From Fistulifera solaris (Eukaryota): DNA of 64,000 nucleotides. Positions 1-13,437 of the stretch are shown here, one piece after another (within the stretch, counting starts at the first letter, position 1; the number at the start of each line of letters is the position of its first letter). Below the pieces are notes generated by a model, which made no database searches, was not told the DNA's origin, and saw only the letters and a program-made list of their open reading frames with translations. The translations under genes and the position numbers were made by a program. Location of the stretch: positions 744,001 through 808,000 of the forward strand of contig AP026146.1 in the NCBI GenBank assembly GCA_030295235.1. Direction: 5' to 3'.

Positions 1-1
1 T

Positions 2-319
2 TTAGCTCAAATTGTTGAAACGGACGGATTCGGTGACGAACCAACTCGACACGAAGAAATAGAACAGGCCATTCCAATGTCGACAAAGACTGCGGCAAAA
101 GTCATGAAGGATACACTCGAGGCTGAGCTTCTGTTAACACAAGTCCTTGCTTTGTTGGAAAAAGATGAGGAAGATGAGCTTGAGCGATTAAACAATTCAA
201 CCAACGATTCCTATGCGGATGGGGTAGTCGTACGGAAGCTACTTCGACAAGCATACTCTATACTGCGCCGCGCCAAACAAAATGCAAGACGCGATGATGA
301 CAAGAACAATGAAGTTTAG
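2..319 (+). CDS. 3' end of an unknown protein gene running in from outside the window
   Basis: Frame is open from base 2 (LAQIVETDGFGDEP...) through ORF 77..319 to TAG. Charged and helical; no recognisable motif. Confidence 0.5.
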   Translation, partial: LAQIVETDGFGDEPTRHEEIEQAIPMSTKTAAKVMKDTLEAELLLTQVLALLEKDEEDELERLNNSTNDSYADGVVVRKLLRQAYSILRRAKQNARRDDDKNNEV

Positions 320-901
320 CTAAGACGAATCCGAAATGCGCCATGTTCGGTTGCGAATTGAACTTGGGGAGTGACTCACGCGAGGAAGTTAATAACAACT
401 TTCAAACTTCCAAATTAAGGAAGGCGCTGTTCCTCAAACAATACCAGGAAGGGGAGACATCCAACACAACTGGTTTTCTGTCCATCTGGCCTACGAACGA
501 GATCCCACCGTACTGCTCCACGACCGGATGTCAATCATGAGTCATGAGCCACGAGCGACCATTTATTTCATGTATTGTTTCAGCAAAGTGTTTTGCCATG
601 ATCAATCATTGCTGGCGCCAAGCACTAGTTATACGTAGTAATAGTTTTAGTCGTTTCCTCTTTTCTTACTGCCTCACCCTTTCCAAGGAACAGAGCTGAA
701 AGAGAGCAGAGAACGGAAGAATAGTTTTCGTCTGTACTGCTATCCGTTCCACTGTCGTCCGTAAAAAACAGAATGAAGAGAAACGACGAAAAAATAAATA
801 CGACGATGGAAGCCTATTATTTGTAATTGCGATGAAAGTCCTTTTGAAGAGACAGCTAGCTTCGTTAATCAATATTCGCTTGAATAGATAATAGAGAGCT
901 C

Positions 902-2554
902 ATGACGCAATTAGCACCGCAATCGCGCATACGAATGCGTTTTCACGGGTTCTTTTCCTTCTTGATTCTTCTTTGCCTTTCACGGCCTCTTTCAATTCAA
1001 GCATGGTCTATCACACCGACTTCTCGCCCTGTCTTGCAATTTTATAACTCTGAAACACGCGCCAAACAACCCTTGACCAAAGATCCTGCAAAGGACACAA
1101 TTACAATGTACACGTGCGGTCCTACCGTTTACGATTCGGCTCATTTGGGTAACTTTCGCGCTTTCTTAACGTACGATGTCATGAAACGCGTTTTGCAGTA
1201 TTTTGGCTACAAAGTCGAACACGTGTGTAATTTAACCGATGTCGATGACAAGATCATCAAGAAAGCGAACGAAATGAACGCGAAAGATGCCAAGGAGATT
1301 ACATTAATGTACGAACAACGATTTCTGCGAGATTTAGATCGACTCAATATTGTACGAGCGACACATTATCCTCGCGCTACCGACCATATTCCCGAAATGA
1401 TGCAATTGATTACCAATTTACAACAAAATGGATTAGCGTATGAAACAAAGGACGGGTCGTGGTATTTTCGTACGCGGGCGCAGCCCAAGTACGGACAGCG
1501 ATTGGTGCAGAAGAATCAAGGGGACGACGACGACACCACCGTCATCAACAACAGTGATGACGATAACAATACCGACAAGGAACATCCCGCTGATTTTTGT
1601 TTGTGGAAAGCATTCAAGGAAGGCGTCGATCGAGATGATTTGGCGTGGTCATCGACAATGATTTCTCGCGGACGACCGGGATGGCATTTGGAATGCAGTG
1701 CCATGTCACGGAAATTCTTTCCACATACACTGGACTTTCACGGCGGTGGACATGATTTGAAATTTCCGCACCACGAAAATGAAATTGCGCAATCCGAAGG
1801 AGCTTTTCCCGACACATTGCCCTTTTGCAATTGTTGGTTTCACAACGGCTTTGTCACCATTTCCGAGCAAGATACGAAAATGAGTAAAAGCTTGGGCAAC
1901 TTCTTGACACTGGAATCAGCTTGTCCGACACCCTTGCAAGTTCGATCGTATCGTTATTTAGTTGTGACCAGTCAATATCGACAAGATTTGAAATTTACAA
2001 CGGAATCCATGCAAGCCAGTAGCAGGGCCTTGAAACGAATGGACAAGGTGTGGTCAACCTTGCAATCGTACTGCGAAACTGAAGTCGGTATCACCGACTA
2101 TAAGGATGTTGATGCTAGAGTACAAGCACAATGGGAGAATTTTGAAACTGCCATCGCTGATGATTTGAGTATGCCACGAGCAACGGCTTGTTTGTTCGCC
2201 CTGATCAAACTGGCTGAGCAGGAATTGAAATCATTACCACACATGGAATTGGATGAACCAAAGAAACATCTGTTGCAAAGTATTGCATTGGTCATGAGGA
2301 AAATGGATCAGGTCTTGGGAGTGTTTTATACTGTTCCAGAAGACGATTCAGCGAGTAATGGCGACGATCAAGCCGCATGCCATGACGGAAATACCATCCC
2401 AGAACGAGTTCAGCACTTGGTCGAGCAACGCAAGCAGGCCAAGCAAAACAAAGATTATGCACGAGCAGATCAATTGCGACAAGAGATACTGGAGTGCGGT
2501 TTTGTGTTGCAGGATGGCGCACAAGGTGTGACGGTTATGCCCGTACAGGCGTAA
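902..2554 (+). CDS. cysS: Cysteinyl-tRNA synthetase, probably organelle (plastid)-targeted
   Basis: MYTCGPTVY, HIGH-like HLGN, DF.LWK, GRPGWHLECSAM, HGGG.DL.FPHHENE, KMSKS and C-terminal AD.LR..I anticodon domain. N-terminal signal peptide ending SIQA|W followed by an S/T/R-rich transit-like stretch. Confidence 0.97.
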   Translation: MTQLAPQSRIRMRFHGFFSFLILLCLSRPLSIQAWSITPTSRPVLQFYNSETRAKQPLTKDPAKDTITMYTCGPTVYDSAHLGNFRAFLTYDVMKRVLQYFGYKVEHVCNLTDVDDKIIKKANEMNAKDAKEITLMYEQRFLRDLDRLNIVRATHYPRATDHIPEMMQLITNLQQNGLAYETKDGSWYFRTRAQPKYGQRLVQKNQGDDDDTTVINNSDDDNNTDKEHPADFCLWKAFKEGVDRDDLAWSSTMISRGRPGWHLECSAMSRKFFPHTLDFHGGGHDLKFPHHENEIAQSEGAFPDTLPFCNCWFHNGFVTISEQDTKMSKSLGNFLTLESACPTPLQVRSYRYLVVTSQYRQDLKFTTESMQASSRALKRMDKVWSTLQSYCETEVGITDYKDVDARVQAQWENFETAIADDLSMPRATACLFALIKLAEQELKSLPHMELDEPKKHLLQSIALVMRKMDQVLGVFYTVPEDDSASNGDDQAACHDGNTIPERVQHLVEQRKQAKQNKDYARADQLRQEILECGFVLQDGAQGVTVMPVQA

Positions 2555-2614
2555 TCAACTGACTAAATAAGTAACACGGAAGTTGAACCACGCAAATATT
2601 TTTACTTCTGGTAT

Positions 2615-3835
2615 TTATACTTCCAAGCCATGCTTCTCTCGATTAATTTTCGTTTGCTTTTCCACAGCATCTTTACTAGTCCCCAACCATATGCCCAAAT
2701 GGACTTTTGATTCGCGTTCCCAAAATTGCAGAGGCGAATCTTCGGTTTTCCCTGTGAGCGCTTCAACACCATCCGGAGTAATTAACAAAGTGTGCTCGAA
2801 CTGCGCCGACCGACCCCCGTCGATAGTCGTGGCCGTCCAATCATCGGGCCAGCTCAAATGCTTGGCACTGCCCTGACAAATCATGGGTTCAATGGTAAAG
2901 GTATGTCCCGGTGCCATTTGACCATTGGGCTCATTGTTGCGATAATGCAAGATATTGGGTGTCGTGTGAAAGATACTGCCGACACCGTGTCCACAGAAGG
3001 CTTTGACAGTACTGTATCCTTTGGGGACGATGTGATCTTCAATCAAGGCACCCAAATCTTTGTAGTAACGATCGGGCTTAACATATTGACAAGCGAGCAA
3101 CCAAGCATCGTAGGTCGTTTGCAACAAATCACGAGATGCATCATCGCATTCGCCGCCAACCACAAACATTTCACTGCAATCCCCGTGGTGGCCATCCTTA
3201 TAGACGGTAACGTCTAAATTAATGATATCACCTGCTTGCAAAGGTCGATCGTCCGGGATTCCGTGACAAATAACTTCATTCACGGAAGTACAGCATGATT
3301 TCGGGTATCCGTGATAATTCAAAGGCGAAGGATAAGCGTTGTTTTTGATGATCATTTCGTGTACAGCTTGATCAATGTCATCTGTCGTGATACCCGGTGC
3401 TACCATTCGCCCCGCCATATCAAGGACTTGTCGTGCGAGACGTCCCGCTGTTCGCATGGCTTGAATTTGTTCGAGTGTTTTCGGTTCGACGATCCACGGC
3501 AAAAGTGGTCGTTGTGCGTTAGGACGTCCCGTTTTGGCATAATCCGGTTGCGGAATATGATCAGGGACCGTCTTTTGTGGTGTCTGTTTGCCCGGACGAA
3601 TCGTTCCAGCGTACGGAAAGGATGTCATGACGGGTGTTGTTGTACTTGCGGGAGCACTCCCAAAGCCTTTTCCAGATCCTTTCTTCGTTTTGCTGGTCCG
3701 TTTCTCATAACAGCGTGTCAGCGACGGAGCAGTCGATTGTTGTGTAGTGAACAGAAAGGCAGAAGTGCTGTGGCTTGAAAGACAGAGGCAACAACAGCCG
3801 ACAAACAAGAAGAAGCTCTTGTTGAATTTCATCAT
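2615..3835 (-). CDS. MAP1: Methionine aminopeptidase type 1, plastid-type presequence
   Basis: YPSPLNY.GYPKSCCTSVNEVICHGIPD, D.TVY.DG.HGD, GHGVG..FH, FTIEPM, SAQFEHT. Signal peptide ending STSA|F (ASAFAP-like). Confidence 0.96.
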   Translation of the reverse strand: MMKFNKSFFLFVGCCCLCLSSHSTSAFLFTTQQSTAPSLTRCYEKRTSKTKKGSGKGFGSAPASTTTPVMTSFPYAGTIRPGKQTPQKTVPDHIPQPDYAKTGRPNAQRPLLPWIVEPKTLEQIQAMRTAGRLARQVLDMAGRMVAPGITTDDIDQAVHEMIIKNNAYPSPLNYHGYPKSCCTSVNEVICHGIPDDRPLQAGDIINLDVTVYKDGHHGDCSEMFVVGGECDDASRDLLQTTYDAWLLACQYVKPDRYYKDLGALIEDHIVPKGYSTVKAFCGHGVGSIFHTTPNILHYRNNEPNGQMAPGHTFTIEPMICQGSAKHLSWPDDWTATTIDGGRSAQFEHTLLITPDGVEALTGKTEDSPLQFWERESKVHLGIWLGTSKDAVEKQTKINREKHGLEV

Positions 3836-4740
3836 TGTTATTTTACAGGAATAACAAAAGCTTTCAAGCGAGCCGTATAGTAATTAGGTAGGTGATTTAT
3901 AATAAGAGTATTATTAGGGGAAAAAAGAATGAAGGAATGAATTGCTGGTTTCCAATCTGTTTAAGCTCCTTTTATGAACGTACGTAGTACTCCGTATAAA
4001 TGATTACTCCGTACCAACTACTACAAAAAGCAACGAAGCGACGAAAGTGACGTTCCTGCCTACAAAGTAGCTAGCTAGTTCCTGGAAACTACGTGCGTAC
4101 GACGTACGTACCCACATCCTTGATGCGGCTATTACCATGGTGCAAACTGTAAGCGGCCCGTCTCCAAGACTGAACTAAATTATCCGTCCCGAGTCCCGAA
4201 TGGTTTCGATTGCATGAATTTCAATGCAATAAAATACGATGGGATCTTTAATTGACCAGCAGATGTTCATATCTCACTTTATTAAGCTATGAGTAATCGG
4301 TTTGGCTGATTTTGACAAGATGTTTTAGAAGTTCAATTGTGCCGATTACTTGAATAGTTACACTGATGCAAAATGTAGGAGACCTTTTCTAGTGACTAAA
4401 TTGATTTTCAATCCTGGTTGTACGGCACCAGAGTCGTCAACCTTGAAGACCATTATTTGCATGTTGTTATCGCATTGAAGTGCTCTATTTTTCGCTCTCC
4501 TTCACTATTCTGTTTTCTGCAATTTAATTTCCGTTTTGCGGCAATCTGGGTGCCTTTAGCACCGCGTATAGATTGATTGCGGACCCCTTGAGCTACCAGT
4601 AGAGTCAACCGCATTGCTGCTTCCTCCTTCGGAGCGAGTCTACTCCTCTTGTTTCCTCTTCTTTCACCTTCAAAGGCAGGAGTTACTATCCGTCTTTTAA
4701 TTATTATTTCTTGTCAAAGACTATTTCAACCACAAAAAAC

Positions 4741-5913
4741 ATGTCAGCAACGGCCACATTGCGGTCCTTTTTCAAACAAACGAGAACTTGGGCGTATTTC
4801 TTGTGGCAAATTGTGCAAGATTTCTGGGGAAATCTCTCGGGACCGCTCATTGCATTTCCGAATCATCATTGTACGGTGCGTCGAGGGCGAGAATTGGCAC
4901 AAGGAGGATTTTCCATAGTCTGGGAAGCACACGCGGTGCATCGCAACAACTCGAATACTCTCAACACGAATCGTACCTACGTACTCAAACAGTGCAATGT
5001 CACGGATCGAGAATATCTGCGAGCGTGTCAAGCCGAAGCGGCGGTACACGAAGCATTGCATCATCCCAATTGTATGCCATTGTTGGGTATGACGATTGTT
5101 TCGTCTCATTCGAATCAGAAAACGTGTTTCATGCTCTTTCCGTTCTTTACGAAATCGTTGCGCGATCATGTCAATCAATCGCTTTTCAGCCATTCGAACA
5201 GTTCTATCAATCAGTGGACGGAAGAAATCTTACTTCGAGTCTTTTACGGTATATTACAAGGAGTGCAAGCCATGCATCAAGCACAATACACGCATCGCGA
5301 TTTGAAACTGGAAAATGTCTTGCTCGATATTTCCCAAAAAAGCAACAAGATTACACCTATACTTATGGATTTCGGTTCTGCGGGACCCTTGTATGCACCC
5401 GCATCGACACGTGCGGACTTATTGAACGTTACTGATCAAGCAGCGCAACATACGACCATCACCTACCGACCTCCCGAACTATTGGAAGGCACCTTGTGGC
5501 CCTGTGAGGCTCATACACGCACACTAGATTATCAAAAAGTCGATGTATGGAGTTGTGCATGTATGTTGTTTGCCATGATGTATGGAGCATCGCCAGTGGA
5601 GTGGCAAAATGGGAAAGTGGTGGAATGTACGCCACTCTCTATTTTGAATGCCCGCATTACGGTCACAAATCACCACAGTCCGTTCTCAACGGAGCTGCAT
5701 CAATTGGTCGCTTCCACTTTAATTCAAGATCCCGATCAGCGACCGGATTTGACGCAACTGATTCAGCAAGTCGAGTCGTTGCTTGTGCAAGAGCAAGGAA
5801 CCGTTCCTCATACCCATCCGTCGGACTGTTGGTGGTATTCATTGAACGAGCATGCGTACGATGATGCAGAGGAAGACAAAGATGCTATATCATTGCTGCG
5901 CTCTCGTGTCTAG
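4741..5913 (+). CDS. Ser/Thr protein kinase, STK16/NAK-like
   Basis: LAQGGFSIV, YVLK, HRDLKLENVLL, LMDFGS, AAQHTTITYRPPEL (STK16-type activation segment), DVWS. Start placed at first ATG (4741). Confidence 0.88.
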   Translation: MSATATLRSFFKQTRTWAYFLWQIVQDFWGNLSGPLIAFPNHHCTVRRGRELAQGGFSIVWEAHAVHRNNSNTLNTNRTYVLKQCNVTDREYLRACQAEAAVHEALHHPNCMPLLGMTIVSSHSNQKTCFMLFPFFTKSLRDHVNQSLFSHSNSSINQWTEEILLRVFYGILQGVQAMHQAQYTHRDLKLENVLLDISQKSNKITPILMDFGSAGPLYAPASTRADLLNVTDQAAQHTTITYRPPELLEGTLWPCEAHTRTLDYQKVDVWSCACMLFAMMYGASPVEWQNGKVVECTPLSILNARITVTNHHSPFSTELHQLVASTLIQDPDQRPDLTQLIQQVESLLVQEQGTVPHTHPSDCWWYSLNEHAYDDAEEDKDAISLLRSRV

Positions 5914-5989
5914 CGGGCAATTCCTTGGATGGACAAGATGTTTTTGGACCCGGAACATCCGAACAAAAACATTTTTGCTACGCCCAAGG

Positions 5990-6520
5990 GCATGCCTACT
6001 GGCTTATCTATTAAGCACATGCGCTTTGCATAGCCTTTTACAAGTCCTCACATTATTTTTCACGAAAGGCTTCTTTTGGGCTTCTCTGCAACTTACAAGC
6101 TCGCAATTTGGCGATTTCGATAAATTGCACGTGCTCCATGGGACCTACAAAGACACCCCCTGTCCGCTTGTGCGAGACATTTTCTTGCCGACAAAAGATT
6201 GTGTTCCTTCTTTAGGCCCGTCTTCTGCATGTAGCAACCATGCTTGCGTGCCTTGAAGCCATTTTTCGCAATCTGATTCCGATAATTGTTGATGTGTATT
6301 ATTTCTTCTTCATTTTCGAATGGCGCTGGGGTGTTCACGGCGACAAAGAAATCTTGCGCTGATTAGTTCTATGTTGCTTGGTCAGTGTAACGACCTTAAA
6401 TTTTCTTTTAAATCATCTGCTGTGACATCTTGAAGACGGCGTTTGACTGAAGTAGATTGCGGAGTCGTCTCTCCCTTTCTTTTATCGTTTTCTTTTAGAG
6501 CTCCGAGACCAGTCCACAGC
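5990..6520 (-). CDS. Possible frameshifted small Cys/His (CxxHG, WRKY19-like zinc repeat) protein fragment
   Basis: Minus-strand frames give KCLAQADRGCLCRSHG and ...RTCKRLCKAH, split across frames; boundaries uncertain. Confidence 0.25.
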
Positions 6521-7214
6521 AATAGTAACTAAGCGAATATATCTGACATTGTTAGCCGTATCTTGTAAGAACGCGAGAAATGCTTGTTCGTGCCTGATGG
6601 CCGATTGTTGTTGTATTTTCCTCAAAATGCCGATCGAGACAATGGGAAAAAGTCATCGTCGTTTCGTCGTCGCGACAGCGGTAAGATAAGGTGTACGCTG
6701 CGTGGTATCGCGAGGACAGTGCTTGCACAAACAAGCGGCAGGGATAAGGGATCGAACCACAAAGAATCTAGTCCTATCCATCCAACTTAATCTTGAAGTA
6801 AGATGGCTGACGGTAGCAACGCGCGCTTCTACAGTTTTTTGACAAATAGTTGTTGCTCGTACTAGTTGATCCAATCGAAGTGAAGCCAAACAAAGTCGTT
6901 TCTTTGTTCAACTCGTACAAAGAAACCTATAGACAAGAACTCTAGCAATAATATAGCAGATAGATGAGGATCCTTTTGAGGGTTCAGGTGCTCAAAGCAA
7001 CCTCCCATTGTGTCGCGCTCTAGCCTGTCGGCGCGTTCTGTCCTCTTTGTGTGTATTCACACTCCCTTTGAAAATTTGATATCATTTGACTATGTAGATT
7101 GTTGCGAGAGAATGCTTCCGTCGTTGTTTTTCATTTTGTTCCCACTTAAGGATGCTTTTGCAACCCATGGTCATTCATATTTCACACGACATGAGAATCT
7201 CCACAACATTTGTT

Positions 7215-9028
<1,814 letters not shown>

Positions 9029-9729
9029 GTTTCTTGATATCAATTAAGATTCTAGTGTAGCTTCTATTCTTGATCGGCTGGGAAATGGCAATGCTCTTTT
9101 TAAGAAAGAGGTGTTTTGTTTCGTCCTCGTTTTTCTTTTTTACGCTTTCTCATCTTTTGTGTTGAGTTGTTTACTTTGTCGAGCGAAAATTGATTGGTGG
9201 TGTGTTTCGTTGCGAGGGCTCTAGCCAAGGACAGACTATGTGACGCATGCTACGTAACTTGGTCGATCTGAGGATGAGGAGTCACCAATTGGTGAATCTT
9301 GACCAGAAACCTTACACAACATACAAAGCAGATAAAACCACGTCACAAGCACTTGTGACGTGTGACGTGTGGCTTGGTCGTAGTCGTAGGTCGGAGGAGA
9401 GAACAGATGAGGCCAAGTTTTTAAACTCGTACTGTCTACTACTGTACATTCTCTGTAGAGAACAAAGAAAAACGAAAAACTCCGTCGTTCTGACACCGCA
9501 AAAAAGTCCGCGAAACGCGACATTTCGAAAGGTGCTCCGCGCATCGCAACATTTCTATTCTTCATTATTTCAGTTCCTTCTCTCTCTAATTGCGTCTTTC
9601 ATCCTAACGAGACGAGACAGATAACCTTCTCTACGATGAAAGGTCTTTTTGATGCCTTAGAGCAAAAAAAACCGTCCTAGGAAAACTTCCAGCGCCAAAG
9701 ATTTCTCAGTCTCGCGTTCCGGGGCTTCC

Positions 9730-10965
9730 TTGACGATTGCGTCGAGTGTATCATCGAAATCTGCTTCTGCTTTTGCACCATCCTCTTCTTCTTCAGGTTA
9801 TCATGATTATCATATTGAATCGAAACAACGCGCAAGAACGATTGTCGAAATTACACGTAAGACGCTATTAGGATTGTTAGACAACGAAAACGAAAACGAA
9901 AACGAAAACGAATTCGAGAATGAATGCACCTTTCCGTCGAATAACAAGAATCAAAAGAATTTTCAGTACTTAAGTCGCGACGAGTTACTGATTGGTGAAA
10001 GGCTAGCGACGGGTGGCTTTGGCTGTATCTTACAAGTTCATGCATCCACTTTATCTTCGTCGAATAAATATGTCATGAAAACATTGATACCAATGTCACG
10101 CGCGGCATCGGACGCGAAACTCATCAGTGCGGCGCATCAGCTCGCCAAGGAACGTTACTTCTTATCGAATCTGAGTCATCCCAACATTATATCGATGTAT
10201 GCCATGTCGAAGGGTGGTTTGTCAGTTATTCAAGAAACACGACGTCTCGATTCGTATTTCATTATCGAAGAATACATGCCCATACTACTCGTGGATCAAA
10301 TACAAATATGGCGCCAAAAACAAAGCCATCATCGACAATATCGCTGGAATTTCAAGAAGAAGATGAATCCCCAGGTGTTTCTCGAGCAAATTACATGCGC
10401 TGTACAGATTGCTTCCGCGTTGCACTATTTGCATCAAGAGCGAGTCATCTTTCGTGATGTCAAGAGTGCCAATATCGGAATATCGGCGCAACGTCAAGCG
10501 AAGCTATTCGATTTCGGTTTAGCAGTGCAACTTCCCAAGGACGCTGATTTGGATGCTCTGCAGCCTTCGCTGGGAGGTAGCCGTGTGGGCACAATACGAA
10601 TGATGGCGACAGAAGTCTTACGCAAGCAACCCTACAATGTGAAAGCCGATGTATTTTCCTTTGCGCTGTTGTTATGGGAAATGATCATTTTAGATCAAAG
10701 ACCACCCGAAGGTGGTTGTGGTGTCTACGGAAGTCGACCATTCTTACCATCGCATTGGCCCTTCACTTTGAAACGTATCTTGGAAAGGGCCTGGGCGGAT
10801 GATTTTCAAAATGAACGTCCTCACATGTCGGAGGTATTAGTCTTTTGCAAGATCTGCAACGGCAGCTCCTGTCGGAATTGGATGCGCGCAAACAGAAATC
10901 ACGCAAATAGTGTTTACATTCTGTTTAGCCCTTCACCTTTGTTTAACAGGAATATTACGTTATAG
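9730..10965 (+). CDS. Protein kinase, TKL-like (diatom-expanded type)
   Basis: LATGGFG, YVMK, FRDVKSANIG, LFDFGLA, GTIRMMATE, DVFSF.LLLWE, ERP. The true start and last codons are uncertain (possible frameshift near 10845). Confidence 0.88.
   Translation: MTIASSVSSKSASAFAPSSSSSGYHDYHIESKQRARTIVEITRKTLLGLLDNENENENENEFENECTFPSNNKNQKNFQYLSRDELLIGERLATGGFGCILQVHASTLSSSNKYVMKTLIPMSRAASDAKLISAAHQLAKERYFLSNLSHPNIISMYAMSKGGLSVIQETRRLDSYFIIEEYMPILLVDQIQIWRQKQSHHRQYRWNFKKKMNPQVFLEQITCAVQIASALHYLHQERVIFRDVKSANIGISAQRQAKLFDFGLAVQLPKDADLDALQPSLGGSRVGTIRMMATEVLRKQPYNVKADVFSFALLLWEMIILDQRPPEGGCGVYGSRPFLPSHWPFTLKRILERAWADDFQNERPHMSEVLVFCKICNGSSCRNWMRANRNHANSVYILFSPSPLFNRNITL
9883..9912 (+). repeat. (AACGAA)n coding microsatellite
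   Basis: About 5 copies encoding NENENENENE within the kinase N-terminus. Confidence 0.8.
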
Positions 10966-11178
10966 AAATCACTCATACAAGCTTTGTTATTTAAGAGGCT
11001 CGTTACGACTCTTTCATGCCCTTTCAACTTAGTAGCAAAAGAAGAGGGACCTTTTTCGCATGCATACGATTAACCAATTTATTTTGGGATGGCAGCCCGC
11101 CATCATCATTAGATGGAGGATAATTGTGAGCAAACATTTAGAACGCCTTGCTGAACAACTGATAACTTCCAAAAGGTT

Positions 11179-12078
11179 TTACAGCGTGTTGATGTATTCT
11201 TTCTTCCACAGATCGTACAGTTGCTGATCTGTAGTATCTGCATTGCGCATATAGACGCACAGCTTCGACCCCGATTCTTCTACCAGGTCGAGAAATGAGT
11301 CCGCCTTTCTGTATTGATAGAGTTTCTTTTGTTCTGTACAGTCATGAAAAGAACTTTTGTCTTGGTAGGATCTCCTCCTCGCGCACTTGCATGCAAAAGG
11401 CTATTAACATACACGCCAATCGGTATCTTCCGTCTACCATGTATACATCGAACGGTAACTGCTCCGACAACATGGGCGCTAGTTGATAATCGAGCGATGC
11501 TTTCGCCAGTTCTTTTTCTGGATATCCCCAGATAGCAGTCTTTCCAATGTCGGCAAGGTAGAATCGAAAATGAGGCAACGACTTGTCTCTGGCGTTGGCG
11601 ACCCATTCCGCATCTGAATCAATGCCCGCGTAGCGGCGGACGCCAACATGACTGGCAATATACGTTGATTCACCGAGTCCCCATTCGAAAACTGAGTCTG
11701 CTTCACTGTAAATTCTCCCCAATAAAGTTCTATCCTGATCCGTTAACCCCCCAGTTGTTTTTTGAGTCCACGAAGCAAGGCGAAACGTGGTGCGTCGTTC
11801 TGTAGGGGTGTGTTGTAACGTGATATTTAAAGAATCTTGCGCCGCTCGATCAAAAAATGTAAGTGTATCTTTGCTGCCAATTTCTCTTATTTGAGAAGGC
11901 TTTGAAATAGTCGTTTCACTTGGAGGCAAAAGGACAAGCAAGGAAGATCCTTTCAAAAGATGAACGGGTCGTACGGCAAGTAACATCACAAAAACCAAAC
12001 AACCGACAATCGATTGAATTATAAAGGTAATCCGCATATTGCTGGCTGTTCTTCGTGAAACAGCTGAAATGGTGGCCA
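11179..12078 (-). CDS. Putative SAM-dependent methyltransferase-like type II membrane protein, copy 1 (frameshifts near the C-terminus)
   Basis: N-terminal TM; VFEWGLGEST, YAGIDSDAEW, FDVYMVDGRYR. Alignment with copy 2 shows 1-nt losses in A runs near 11397 and 11348; homology resumes to KLCVY...DQQLYDLW and a stop at 11179. Confidence 0.7.
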
Positions 12079-12531
12079 TGGTTAGATAAAGTGTTTTGAT
12101 TATTGAATAGTTCAGGATCGTTTCGTTATCATTTATCGTTGCTGTGTTGATAAACAATGCTAATGAGTCGCCGCCCGTATAAGACACACCCGGGACTGGT
12201 ATCCAGCCTAGTCACCCGAAATCACCGCTGCCCGGCTAACGTTTCACCTAATCAAACAAAGCCCCAATAGCATCCTATTCTACCTTTCATTCCGATGGTT
12301 CGTTTTTTAATACTTTGTGCTGTTGAATGAAGATACATGCTCGTACAGTGCACTGAAGACTCGATAATTTTACCCAAGCCGATGACTTTGCCAACACCAA
12401 GGATCTCTACTTTTGACACTGCTAAGCTCAATGACTACCAATTCTTACACGGGATATGCGGCTAGTAGTTCATTGATTCTGTTTGTCTTTACTTTCAATT
12501 GAGCTTACTTCTTTCATTCCGTCATCATTCA

Positions 12532-13437
12532 TCATTCGACTTCACGATACTCTTCCAGCCATAGATCCAGTAACTGTTGATCTGTCGTTGCCTTCTTTCG
12601 CTTGTATACACATAGCCTTCTCCCAGAATGTTCTACGAGATCGAGTAGATGATCCGCCTTTCGATATTGAGGCCTATCTAGCAACTTTGGGCCTTCCCCT
12701 TCCTTGTAACAATCATGAAGCAAAACTTTGGTTCGTGAAGGATCGGCACCCCGTGCACTTGCATGTAAAAAGGCTATTAGCATGCAAGCGAGTCGGTATC
12801 TTCCGTCTACCATGTACACATCGAACGGTAGCTGTTCGGACAATAGTGGAGCTAACTGATAGTCAAGGTATGACTTTGGCAACGTTTCTTCCGGATATCC
12901 CCAAAGCCCGGTATTACCAATATCAGCAAGATAGAATCGAAAATGAGATAACGATTGATTTCTTGCGTTGGCTACCCATACCGCATCCGAATCGATTCCA
13001 GCGTACCGAGGGACACCGACATGACTGGCAATATACGTGGATTCACCGAGTCCCCATTCAAACACAGAGTCTGCTTCAAAATACATCTTCGCAAGAACCA
13101 ATCGATCTTCTTCCGTGAGTCCACCTGTTGTTGTTTTATTCCAATCTTTTCTATAGAATCTCGTGCGTTTTCCGGTAGGCATATCTTGCAGTACAACTTG
13201 TTGAACTTCCTGAGCCGCTCGATCAAAGAATCTGTTTGATTTGATGACCGGAACATTACGAAGATTATTCATTCCGGTTCCCTGATTCTTATTGAGTTGC
13301 TGCATATCAAAAAGAGACCCCATGCGTAGAATTTCGAAAATCGAAAAAAGTGCAACGACAGGAAAGAGAAATTTGGCTCTCGCAGTCGCCCCGCGTTTTG
13401 TCGCGTCTCTGGTCGGTTCTGCTGTCGCCGCGATCAT
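12532..13437 (-). CDS. Putative SAM-dependent methyltransferase-like type II membrane protein, copy 2 (intact tandem paralogue)
   Basis: Same motifs (VFEWGLGEST, IDSD..W, DVYMVDGR, VLLHD); core nearly identical to copy 1; N-terminal TM anchor. Confidence 0.75.
   Translation of the reverse strand: MIAATAEPTRDATKRGATARAKFLFPVVALFSIFEILRMGSLFDMQQLNKNQGTGMNNLRNVPVIKSNRFFDRAAQEVQQVVLQDMPTGKRTRFYRKDWNKTTTGGLTEEDRLVLAKMYFEADSVFEWGLGESTYIASHVGVPRYAGIDSDAVWVANARNQSLSHFRFYLADIGNTGLWGYPEETLPKSYLDYQLAPLLSEQLPFDVYMVDGRYRLACMLIAFLHASARGADPSRTKVLLHDCYKEGEGPKLLDRPQYRKADHLLDLVEHSGRRLCVYKRKKATTDQQLLDLWLEEYREVE

Noticed and set aside
9271..9312. Hammerhead-like core (CTGAGGA...GAAAC) around the TCACCAATTGGTGA palindrome
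   Set aside because: Stem II does not close properly next to the core and I could not find stems I and III.
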